From NCBI GenBank assembly GCA_964234715.1, contig OZ174284.1: DNA of 64,000 bases; one strand, given 5' to 3'. The translations under genes were made by a program, and so were the position numbers. The DNA comes from Podarcis melisellensis (taxonomy: Eukaryota). Position 1 is the first letter of the stretch, and each line of letters starts with the position of its first letter. Under the pieces are notes generated by a model. It was not told the origin of the DNA and made no database searches. It saw nothing but the letters and a program-made list of their open reading frames with translations. Shown in pieces: positions 39,021-49,968 of this stretch.

Positions 39021-39837
39021 ACTTGTAATTTTCATAGCAGTGGGAACTTGCTTCTGAGTAAATATGCTTTGATTTTGTTGGAAATTGATTGATCATGAGA
39101 TTCAAAACCTAAGGCATTGAGAAGTACAGGCAATCCTGGCTGTTCCAAGGAGAACCTCAACTGCAGCCCGAACCATGAATGAGTTCAATGGCAGTCTTTT
39201 ATTCATTTCTTCACTATACCAGATGGGTAGCAGTGACTTAAAATAAAATAATGACCACATAAAACCAGGCCAACCCATGGTTGAAACTCCCCCCCCTCCC
39301 ATTGACACAAATTATACTAAAGTGAATAATGCATGGAATAACATTGGTGTTAACTTTTCTGGACTACCGTAGACCAAAATTCTCTGGACATTCACAAAAA
39401 TCAATAAAACACACAGATGTGGTTCGATAGTTATAAATACAGATGTCATAAAAACACATAATCTGGAATATAAAGTATCTTACACCCCTCCCCCAAACCA
39501 GATCAGCCTTTGCTATATTTGTTTGTTTGTTTGCTTGTTTGTTTGTTTTTAAGGGAAACCAATTTGGATGCACATTTAAATGCAGCAAAGCAAATAATTC
39601 AAATTAAAAGGGCTGGCTGAATTAAAAGGTCTTTACCTGGTGGAAAAAAATTGGTCATAATGTGGGTGCACCACATTGCATCAGCTAGTGGGAGTGGGGG
39701 GTGCTTAGTGCTGAAGGCTGTCTTCAGGTGCTTAAGGTGCTTTTCAAAACTACTGTTTGAAACAGCCCATGCTTCTCCTTTAAGAGAGCAGGTGGCCAGT
39801 GCCTCTTCCTTGCTATCCCACTACTGTCAGTGATGTA

Positions 39838-40079
39838 CAGTGGTACCACGGGTTACATACGCTTCAGGTTACATACGCTTCCAGTTACAGACTCCATTAA
39901 CCCAGAAATAGTACCTCGGGTTAAGAACTTTGCTTCAGGATGAGAACAGAAATCGTGCAACGGCAGCGCAGTGGCAGCAGGAGGCCCCATTAGCTAAAGT
40001 GGTGCTTCAGGTTAAGAACAGTTTCAGGTTAAGAACGGACCTCCAGAACGAATTAAGTTCTTAACCCGAGGTACCACTG
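39838..40079. mobile_element. Tc1/mariner MITE, family B (242 bp)
   Basis: ta|cagtggtaccacgggtta ... taacccgaggtaccactg|ta; paralog of 31924-32165. Confidence 0.9.
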
Positions 40080-40703
40080 TATTTGAAATGAAAGTTGACA
40101 TAACAATTATCAAATTCCTCTGATACTCTGCTCAGGTTGACATCAGCAGTTACCGTAACATTATTTTAAGAAGCACATGTGTAACACAGAAAGGCAAATG
40201 ATCATCAGCTCATTTCCACATGTAATTTCTATCCATTCACGACCAGTCGGCTTTTTAAAGCACAACACTGTGAAGGAACGTGCACCATTTTTGTAACCAT
40301 GTGCTCTCTTGTAGCTAATGAAGCTTGGTAATTTATCTGTGTGCTTTCTATGTCTGCTGGGGAAAATTCAGGTCTACTGGGGCAAATGTAAAGTTATGAA
40401 AATAGGAGCCAATCTGCATTCTGTAATTTTGCATTGTTTGCTACTGAAGCAGAACAGGTTGGACAATTAGGCGTGCACTGTAAGCCAGGTTTATTGAAGC
40501 AAATGCATTTGCACAGCTGACGGTAAATGGACTGTGTAGTTACGAAATGTTTCACACGGAATGTTAATGATGACAAAACTGGGATCTTCAACAACTCCTT
40601 CTAGCCCTGGTGCTTCCAATATAACTGTCTTGTGTATTTTAACATCCAAATTAATTCCATATAAAATAAAATCTATTTATCTTTTTTCATTCTAACCCTG
40701 CAG

Positions 40704-40775
40704 ACGTCTGGCAGGAAATGGCCTGACACACATCCCCAAAGGAGCATTTTCTGGGCTTTTCAGCCTTAAAGTACT
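40704..40775 (+). CDS. LGR5: LGR5 coding exon 3 (72 nt, one LRR)
   Basis: ctaac branch-like motif, ctgcag acceptor; RLAGNGLTHIPKGAFSGLFSLKV(L); donor gtaagt. Confidence 0.96.
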
Positions 40776-41564
40776 GTAAGTAAACCAACATTTCTTTGTG
40801 GTTTGTTTGAAAGATCTCGGGGCCTAATACTAAAGCAACACTTTAAGTGAATTGTTCATTTTGATCAGAGTATGACCAGGAAAAGATGGTTGATGCTTTT
40901 AGAAAAATAAGGCATTTGCTTCATTGTAGTAAACCTTGAAACTTTGAAAGATGGGTGATGTCCCAAAATGCGTTCACTCATAAAGTTAATGTCTCTGTAT
41001 AGTGTCAAATAAAGATCTAATTTTGTAATTGTTTCTTTAACTTCCTACAGAAGGGCAGGTTTTAGTTCTCAAAGTTCAGAGACATTTATAATGAGGATGG
41101 AAAAAAGGAGGTCACTTTTATTTCCATTTATATGGGTGGGAAGATGGACAAAATGAGTAGATTAATTACTTCAAACATCATAGTATTTAAGAAACGTTAC
41201 GCCCATATCTTATGTTATTTCTTGGTAGATGTAGTCAGTTAAGGATAAACCTAACTGTTAACAAACTTAACTTTGTTAAACTGTGAAGTACATTCCAAGC
41301 AGGTCTTTATGAAACCAGCTTTTTGCTGAAAAACATTCCTTTTGAGAAGTGGAGTACCTTATCCATGATTGTACCCATTGTGTGGAATCATCTTCCTTCT
41401 GAAGTTAAGCAGCACTGCCTTTGACTATATTCTTACACCTCCTTGAAACATACTTATTTAGCAAGGCCTCTGCAGATGTGTAGTTCCAGTTTTCGTTCTT
41501 ATTTTTCTAGATTGTTTTTTTCTAAGCTGCATTTTATTCTCTGTGTTATGTTTTTGTTAAGTAT

Positions 41565-42450
41565 TTAATATTTATTAGATTTCTATACTGCCCTTCATCT
41601 GAGGATCATCAGGGCAGTTTACAATATAAAAACACAAAAATACATGCTATAGTAACAAACAAATAACCCTACACACATAACACAGTTCAAAAGGCCATAT
41701 ATTGTTTAGTTAGCCCAAGGCCTGGGAGGAGAGGAGTGTTTTCACCTGATGCCTAAATATATGTAATGTACGGTAGATGGCACAGGGCTTCAGATGATGA
41801 TCGCAGGGTTCAGGTAAGTTAATATGGGGGGAGGTGGTCCTTAAGTTATTGTGGTCCTAAGCCGTTTAAGGCTTTATAGGTCAAGACCAGCTCTTTGAAT
41901 TGGGTCCAGAAACTAATTGGCAGGCAGTGCATTCAAGCCAGGATTGGCATTAAATGCTCAAACCATCTTGCTCTGGTGATTAAAGTGGCCACTGAATTGT
42001 GCACTGTCTTCAAGGGCAGCACCATGTATCATGCGTTGCAGTGATTTAATCTAGAGATTATCAGAGCATAGGCAACAAAAGTTAGGCTATTCCTGTCCAG
42101 GTAGGGGTGCTGCTGGGCCACTAGCCAAAGCTGATGGAAGGTACTCTGCACCACCAAGGCCTCAGGTGGATCCAAAAGTAACCCCCAAGCTGCATACCTG
42201 CTCCCTCAGAGGAAAGGTAACCCCATCAAGAGCCTCAGTCTTATCCGAATTAAGCTTCAGTTTGTTGGCTCTCATCCAGTCCATTGCAGAGACAAGACAA
42301 GTGCCTCACCTGCGGATGTAAGGGAGAAGTAGAGCTGTGTGTCATCAGCATATTGCTGACAATCTACTCCAAAATTCCAGGTGACCCCGCTCAGTGGTTT
42401 CATGTAGCATAGGGAAAACAGCTGTCCAAGTGGGACTGGAACCACTCATC
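41565..42450 (-). mobile_element. L2 LINE fragment (RT through 3' end, internally deleted)
   Basis: Reverse complement of 42329-42358 encodes QQYADDTQLY (RT catalytic motif); 3' end similar to 19655-19860. Confidence 0.8.
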
Positions 42451-42499
42451 CACAATATGGACAGCTCTTTAAATGACAAGAAGAGGCACACACTTACAT

Positions 42500-42640
42500 T
42501 TTATTAATTTATCTCATTAATATCCTACCTTCCTCCATGTATTTCTGTCTCCTACCCATTTTATCCTAACAACAACCCTGTGAGATAGTTTAGGCTAAGA
42601 GAGAGTCTTTCGGCTATCCCCACAATGCTACGCCGGCTCT
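42500..42640 (-). mobile_element. CORE SINE fragment (Squam3-like)
   Basis: cccattttatcctaacaacaaccctgtgagatagtttaggctaagagagag, the antisense counterpart of 8285-8490. Confidence 0.6.
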
Positions 42641-42849
42641 CAAATTATACAAAGTTTTGGTTTTATCTCTAAACCTTAGTTTCAAAATATTGGTAACTAG
42701 CAGGTGGTACACTCTGTTTTGGAGACCAGATCTCACACCCATGTTACTAACCATGGGGGGGGGCGGTTTATACCAGTGTAAGATACTAAACACTGGCCTC
42801 TGGTTTGTAGGTTAAAATTGTTTAACACTCTTTCTCTCTCCAAACGCAG

Positions 42850-42921
42850 AATGCTTCAGAATAATTTGCTAAAGCAAGTTCCTGCTGAAGCACTCCAGAA
42901 CCTGCACTCTCTCCAGTCTCT
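42850..42921 (+). CDS. LGR5: LGR5 coding exon 4 (72 nt, one LRR)
   Basis: Acceptor cgcag; MLQNNLLKQVPAEALQNLHSLQS(L); donor gtaagt. Confidence 0.96.
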
Positions 42922-44694
42922 GTAAGTATATGCATATACCCTATAATACACTACATGGTTGTTAATGTGATTATGCCAAAGTATGTCATTGCATAACCTC
43001 TGCTCCCATTAATTATAAAAAAATAGCATAATCTGAAGTACAAAGTGACACTACATGGCAGAAATAATAGTGTTCAAATGAAGCACAAGATCACAACTTT
43101 TTTTCAAAGTATAATTCTTACTGCTTAAACAAAAAAATAGTTGAATAAGGAATTGCTTCCTTGAGCGTTCTGGTCTCTCTCTCAGATAGAACAGATTCCA
43201 GTGTACTAAAGCCCTCTATTGAGAGTGTCCCATTTAATATATATTCAAATAATAAATACAGAATTAGTATTTCATGCCACAAAGGCATAATCTCTCTTCC
43301 TCTTGTGTTTCAAAGGCTGCAGAACAAGGGTGGTGCAATGTATTGCACCTGTGTGTCAACTTAGAATTCTGTCTGATCCAATATTTTACTTTAAATGAAA
43401 GTAAGCCTACAGTCTACATGATTGCTGAAATAAATCTGACAAACGAGACCCAATGAATACTACAGCAGAAATGCATTTCAAAAAGAAACTTTCATTTCCA
43501 TTTTAGTGATTTTTAAGTCTGTGCATCAGGCTAACTTGTGTTGCTTCCTCCAACAACCTAAATAGTAAGTGTTTATATATATGATAAGCCATATAAACAA
43601 AGGGTTCTTTGTGGTGTTGAAAGAGAGTTGAATTTTCAACAGAGTTTCTAAATAAACTATCTCGCTATCTCTCGTTCTTTGTTGCAAATGCCTTTCTAGA
43701 AGATAGAAAAGAGGAGGCGAAGGAGAAAGAAGGAGAGAAAACTGAGAGGTTGTGTTGACTGTGTAAGGGTGTTTGGTGACAAAATTAAAATAAAAAGAGA
43801 ATGAGAGTGGTCAGTAGGAACTTTAAACAGCTGTGGAGCAGACAGCAGATAGGAATGATAAGTACCGTACATGTACAGAGCAGGCTGCTATCAGTTGAAA
43901 GAGGATCGTTGGCAAATGTGACCTCTTTGAGGAAAAGAAAACCAGGATTATTTTGTTTCTTCCAAATGAGTTAGTGCCCGTCTGATAAAGGTGTGCATAG
44001 ATTTAGTTTCTCGTTTCATACAACCTAGTAATTTTCTATCCATAAGGTGATTTGCGTCTTGGTTTCCGATTTACAATGAGGATTCTTTTGAAACTATTCA
44101 AAACCAGGAAACCTTTTTTTAAAAAAAGTTGAAAGCTTTAAAAGCTAACTAGGAGCTTCTACAAAATGGGAGCTTTCTTTTGAGGTATGACATGGTTTAG
44201 AAGTTAGTTCATTTGAAGGTGTTTTATTTGAATTCTGAAGGCTTTGTCACATTTTGCTCATGTGCCCATCTTATTGCTTGTCTACAGGTTACCCAGAATT
44301 GTACAGCTATGCCTATTCTTCCATCTAGCACAAATAGAGTGATCCCCACCCTGAAAAGACACATTCTATTCCCAAATGCAGAATTAATTTACTAGATCAC
44401 CATGGGGCAAACAGGTTTTCTTCCCATCCCCACAAAACCTTTTACCAGTGTCTGAGAGGATGATGGGCATTTTGGACTAAGACGAGTAGCATAAGTAGCC
44501 TATTCTTTTAAACCACCAGGCATTTATGACCTAGGTATTAATGGGCAGTGCTTATTTAGATCAGGGGTAGGGAACGTTTCCCGGCTGGTGGGTCTCATCC
44601 TGCATTCCCTGCACCCAGTGGGCCACTATGGCAGGTGGATAAAGCCTATAAAACAGAATTTGCATGAAGGTGCTGATTTTTAAATATCTCTTGG

Positions 44695-44872
44695 GAACAT
44701 AGGAAGCTACCTTATACCACATCTGACCATTGGTCCATCTAATTTAGTAGTGTCTGCACTGTCTGGCAGCATCTCCCCAGGGCTTCATGCTGGTTTCCCT
44801 TGCAGCCATCCCTGGGCAGGCGTGGAACTGAACCTGAGGACTTCTGAATGCAAAGCAGATGGTCTACCCTAT
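44695..44872 (-). mobile_element. SINE with tRNA-Ala(TGC)-like head and CR1-related tail
   Basis: ggaactgaacctgaggacttctgaatgcaaagcagatggtctacc is the antisense of a tRNA T-arm/TGC anticodon arm; tail aacataggaagctaccttatacc..tgaccattggtccatct. Confidence 0.55.
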
Positions 44873-45239
44873 GGACCTTCCCCATAATGAACATAGATCT
44901 TAAACAAACCATTTAACATTACATTTCATTTTGCATACAAATTCAGTCTGTAGCCTCTGCTCCAGCCACGGGCTGCAATGAGATTCTAAATGAGGCAAAG
45001 TGGGTCGAGTTGTCAAGTTCTGTTCCTCCTTCACTTGAAAGCCCTCTACTAACGGCATCCTTATTCTGATTTGTATATATCTTCCTCTGCAAGTGCTGAA
45101 ATGCTGGGACTGCCTGCCCCACAACATTTAGGAACACTGGGTTCCCAAATGTGACACTGGCTTCCCATGGGTGCAAGCCCATCTCTTCATTGCCCATCCT
45201 GACTTTGCTTGTACCAGCCATGAGAATCTATTGACCTGT

Positions 45240-45910
45240 ATAGATGGTATATTACACTGGTGAAGCTAGCCAAACTCTATAAGGTAGATAATAAATGCTG
45301 GAAATGTAAGGAAAAAGAAGGTACCTGTTATCATATGTGGTGGGATTGTAAGAAAGTGAAATGCTTCTGGGATATGATATATAATGAAATTAAGAAAATG
45401 TTGAAATATACATATACTAAAAAACCGGACACAGGGACACAGGTGGCGCTGTGGGTTAAACTGCAGAGCCTAGGACTTGCCGATCAGAAGGTCGGCAGTT
45501 CGAATCCCTGTGACGGGGTGAGCTCCCGTTGCTCGGTCCTTGCTCCTGCCAACCTAGCAGTTCGAAAGTACGTCATGTGCAAGTAGATAAATAGGGACTG
45601 CTCTGACGGGAACGTAAACGGTGTTTCCGTGTGCTGCTCTGGTTTGCCAGAAGCGGCTTAGTCATACTGGCCACATGACCCGGAAGCTGTCTGCGGACAA
45701 ACGCTGGCTCCCTCGGCCTATAGAGCAAGATGAGCACGCAACCCCAGAGTCAGTCACGACTGGACCTAATGGTCAGGGTTCCCTTTACCTTTACCTAAAA
45801 AACCGGAAGCTTTTCTGCTGGAAATTGTAGGTACAGACATTAACAGACAAGATACTAAGCTTTTCCTATATTCAACAACTGCAGCAATAATTTTATTAGC
45901 ACAGAAGTGT
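45240..45910 (+). mobile_element. L1-clade LINE ORF2 C-terminal (CCHC) fragment interrupted by a Sauria SINE
   Basis: RWYITLVKLAKLY..KCWKCKEKEGTCYHMWWDCKKVKCFW..KKP; after SINE removal the frame continues EAFLLEIVG..LYSTTAAIILLAQK. Confidence 0.85.
45430..45794 (+). mobile_element. Full-length Sauria SINE
   Basis: Head gggacacaggtggcgctgtgggttaaac; tail ccctttacctttac; 13-bp TSD ctaaaaaaccgga (45417-45429, 45795-45807). Confidence 0.93.
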
Positions 45911-46243
45911 TAATAAATAGGGCTGGCCTCTTAGTTCATGAGCTGCTTGAAGTTGCATCCTGCTAAAAAGGAGCACTGTGTATTAGGGATGTTTGATTCC
46001 CTATGTGCCAGAGAGGAAACAGCTGGGATCCTGAAATTGTGTCTGGAAGCAGCTGCAGAAGTGGGTTTCTGACCCACAACCAGGGGATGGACCCAGAAGA
46101 AATATGAGAGCCCCAGAAAGACTCAACCTGTGAATTAATCGAAATGGACTGGAAACTGTGTAAAAAAAATCCCAAGGCTCAGGAACTGGGCTGTTTGATT
46201 TACTCAAGAGGAAGAATTCTGAGGAAACTTCTAAGAAGTCTGT

Positions 46244-46398
46244 GGACTCAGCTACACAGCTGCAAATAAAATGTTTTAAGTGCGTTGTAAAGTGCATTAT
46301 ACAAATGCGACACTAGATTGTGATGGTGAGCTATGGCAAATTCAATATATTTTTCAAGAAGCATTTTCAGAACATTTTTTATATATGTCTAGATTCCA
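46244..46398. mobile_element. Short palindromic element (ggactcagctaca family), copy 3
   Basis: ggactcagctacac...tgcattatacaaatgcgacactagat...atgtctagattcc, similar to copies 1 and 2. Confidence 0.5.
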
Positions 46399-46624
46399 CC
46401 TCTGTGTTTGGAGGCAGACTGGTGCTCATGCTCTTTGGACTGTGGGGTAATTTACAAAAAGACTCTTCATGCAAGCTCAACAATGATTTTGAAATGAGTT
46501 CAATATTTGTGAATTCTGATGCAACATATGCCTATGTATTTAGCTGTCCACATGGAACTCTTCCTCACAGGTAACAACAGTGTTATTCAGTCAGGAATGT
46601 GAGAGACATCCAGAATTATGTGTA

Positions 46625-46804
46625 CAGTGGTACCTTGGTTCCTGAACTTAATCTGTTCTGGGAGTCCATTCAACTCCCGAAACTGTTCAAAAACCAAGGC
46701 GTGGCTTCCGAAGCTGCGTCAGACATTCAGCTTCTGAAAAACGTTCGCAAACCAGGAGCTGATTTGTTTGGAAGCCAAGCCGTTCGAGAGCCAAGGTACC
46801 ACTG
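46625..46804. mobile_element. Tc1/mariner MITE, family A (shorter copy)
   Basis: ta|cagtggtaccttggttcctgaac ... ccaaggtaccactg|ta; interior matches 15211-15456 in reverse orientation. Confidence 0.85.
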
Positions 46805-46940
46805 TATCATGGAAAACACTGCTTTTAGTTCTGCCACTTTATCTACTCCTCTGGTTCTTAGTGGGTGCCTAAACAAAACTATATTCGACTTCATTGAGCA
46901 GACTATTGCACATGAAAGTTCAACACCATAGAGCATTTAT

Positions 46941-47236
46941 AATAATAATAATAATAATTTATTATTTGTACCCCGCCCATCTGGCTGGATTTCCCCAGCC
47001 ACTCTGGGCGGCTTCCACAAAAACCAGAAATACACTAAAATATCACAGATTAAAAACTTCCCTGAACAGGGCTGCCTTAAGATGTCTTCTGAAAGTAAGG
47101 TAGTTATTTATCACTTTGACATCTGATTGGAGGGCGTTCCACAAGGCGGGTGCCACTACCGAGAAGGCCCTCTGCCTGGTTCCCTGTAGCTTTGCTTCTC
47201 GTAATGAGGGAACCGCCAGAAGGCCCTCGGCGCTGG
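46941..47236 (-). mobile_element. Young L2 LINE 3' end with (ATT)n tail
   Basis: Minus-strand LLAVPSLREAKLQGTRQRAFSVVAPALWNAL..FRRHLKAALF (L2 C-terminus); possible TSD atttat (46935-46940, 47237-47242). Confidence 0.85.
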
Positions 47237-48853
47237 ATTTATCCTCAAACTGCAAGGGACTAATAAGGCTATTTCCTGGAGTATTTTCCATGTGATTCAT
47301 GGTGGAATTTTTTTCTAGTGTCAGATGCACATGTGCAGATTTTGTATAGCATCTCTTTAAAAATTCACAAATAATATGAAAGGTTTTTTTAAAACCACCT
47401 ATGAAGGTGATTGTGAGGAAATCCTGCCTATACATCTCTTTGGAATGCCCCAAACTGACATCTAGGCCTTAGAAGATGAAAGCTAAGATTAGCCTCTGAG
47501 CATCTTTAGTTCTCATTCATTACTTCCTCCTTCAATGCCCTTTATGGCTTCTCAGATCCTGTATTTGTATTTTCTCTGAGGTGAATGTACTTCATGGCTG
47601 TGTCCCAGAAAGTGCACTGTAGTAGCATAAGGAATTAGTATTTTATTCCTAGATATAACGAGAATAAATGAGAAAGACTGATTGTCATAACTCTTAAAGT
47701 ATAATATTTTCTACATAAGCTGCAGAGCATATGGCCAGAGCACGCACAATTTGTTATTAAAAGCGACATTAGGTTGCATTCCTTATGCTTCGTGAATTCT
47801 CCTTGAAAGATTTCGACATTTTAAGTGAGTTCATGATCAATTTCATGTTATATTCTTCCTTATATGCTATCTATAGTAGGAAATAATAAAAAAAGTATCC
47901 CTAAATTGGCCCTCTTTTGAGCACAATAGCTGCTTTTAAACTTTCCACATGTTAGCCATATATTTTAAATTATAAATAAGGTACAGTTTATGAGCTAATG
48001 GATTTAGCTTTGAAAGTGCCAAAACTTTGATCAGCGCAACTAAAACAACTGAATGAAAACGTTAAGGTTTTCATTGCATGTTTTATAGATCAGCATGCAT
48101 TATTTACATTATGACAGGAAGCACAATCACTAATGAAAAGTTTTATTATCTGTAACTAGAAAAATGGTACTTAGGAATAAAAGAAAAGATTAGATAACAA
48201 AGGAACATTTGTGGCGGTAGGTTTTAAGACTGCTTTGTGAACTCTTTAACTGGGTTGCATTTTCTGTAGTAGTACATGCTACAGTAGCTTCTTAGCGTGG
48301 CATGTTAAAAATTAACTTTGCTGGATTTGAATGGGAAATTAATATAATTACTTCTGTATAGATGTGTACTGCATGCTTGCCATAAGCTTAGGTATATATC
48401 CTGTAACATTTAAAGGTTAAAAGTTAATGCACAGAACTAAACTTTTTTAAAAAGATGTATGACTCCAAAGGGCAGGCAGAGTGCCCACCCTCCAAAAAAC
48501 AGTGGGATGCTCTCTCTAGGGAGACCTGCCTCTTGTCAACATTGATATATTTTCAGTACCAGGTCAAAATGTACTTCCACACCCAGGCATTTAGCTGTTA
48601 ATTTTTATTTTGTGAGGTTTGATGGCTTTGTTAGTGGCTGTTTAATAGTGCTTATACTAATGTGTGCTTATACTAATGTTTGTGGTGGCAGTTGGGTGTT
48701 TTATTTGTCTTGAATTTATATAGGATCACTTTTAGTCAGAGATTCTTTTTGATCCTACCTACTTTTATTTTTATTATGTTTTCTGTTCCAATATATAAAT
48801 CACCTTGAAACTTTATGGTAGAAGTGATTCCTGCAATGCTATGTTGATGCACA

Positions 48854-49009
48854 GTCTGGATAACACAGTCGGTTAGTGTGGGGAGCCAATAATGCCAAGG
48901 TTGCAGGTTCGAGCCCCATATGGGACAGCTGCATATTCCTGCATTGCAGAGGGTTGGACTAGATGTTCCTCAGGAGGTCCCTTTCAACTCTCTACTGATT
49001 CTGTTATTC
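48854..49009 (+). mobile_element. SINE with tRNA-Ile(AAT)-derived head and CR1-type tail
   Basis: cagtcggttag..gccAATaatgccaaggttgcaggttcgagccccatatggg matches tRNA-Ile; tail attcctgcattgcagagggttggactagatg..ggtccctttcaactct. Confidence 0.75.
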
Positions 49010-49299
49010 ACTGTGGGAAATATAAATGCAAAATGGCTTGTAGCTGCTTACAACCAGTTGCTGTGCTGACCACTGGTGCTCTTACCAATGATACCCCCAC
49101 CACCAATAGAACAATTTAGGGCACAATCCAAAGTCGCTGCTGCCAAGACCCTTTGGGGCAGCAGAGCCGCTGCCACATCTGTAGCCCTACCGTTCATGAC
49201 AGCAGAAAGTGGGGAGAGGGCAATTGGGCCCAGCCCCTGCAACAGCTCTAGGCAGCCACAGCTGTTGGGTCAAGATTGGCCCAATGGCATCTCCTGACA

Positions 49300-49635
49300 G
49301 AAGAGAGACCAGCTCAGGCATTTACCCTCACTAGAGTCAACATGCTGCTATCTGCCTTATTGCAGGGCAGATTCGATGGTAAACCATACGCGGAACAAGT
49401 CTGCCCCTGTAGCTTGATGGAGGTAGAAACTGTCTCTCATGCCTTGTTACACTGCCGTTTCTACGGGGATATATGCTCGGTATTTATTACCCCTGCTATG
49501 CAAAAATCTCCAAATGAATCCAAACTTCAATGTCTAAAATCCCTTGTAGAAGACAAGGATCCTGAGATCACCCTAAGGGTAGCCAGATTCTGTGTGATTG
49601 CCATAAAACTTAGGGAACAAGCTGTGCTATCATAA
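49300..49635 (+). mobile_element. Non-LTR retrotransposon C-terminal Cys/His domain (RTEX-like)
   Basis: AFTLTRVN..LQGRF..PYAEQVCPC..EVETVSHALLHCRFY fits the GR..P..R.C.C..VE...H.LL.C..Y pattern of LINE ORF2 ends; clade assignment tentative. Confidence 0.6.
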
Positions 49636-49924
49636 TGATTAAGGCCTTAAATGATAATTTAAGGTTATATGTTAGTGACTAAGTTTTAATTTATATATAT
49701 TTTAACTGTTGCTATATCTGTATTGTCCCTGTTATACCTAATTGCAAATTCAAATGTACCCCATCATGTTTTATGACCACCTTGACCAGCTAAGGATCCA
49801 GTGAATCTCTGAATAACTCAGCCCTGCCTCTGCCCCTTCCTCAGAATGTTCCATTTGCAATGGACTCTGCTGGTGCTGATACTCCAGCATGTGGACGGAG
49901 GAGATCAGCACCCATGGAGCATCA

Positions 49925-49968
49925 CTTGGGTCACTTCCTGTCAGAGCTTGGGTCACTTCCTGTCAGAG
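49925..49968. repeat. Perfect 22-bp tandem duplication
   Basis: cttgggtcacttcctgtcagag x2. Confidence 0.95.

Noticed and set aside
45260-45586. Novel zinc-finger gene
   Set aside because: Chimera of an L1 ORF2 CCHC fragment and the inserted Sauria SINE.
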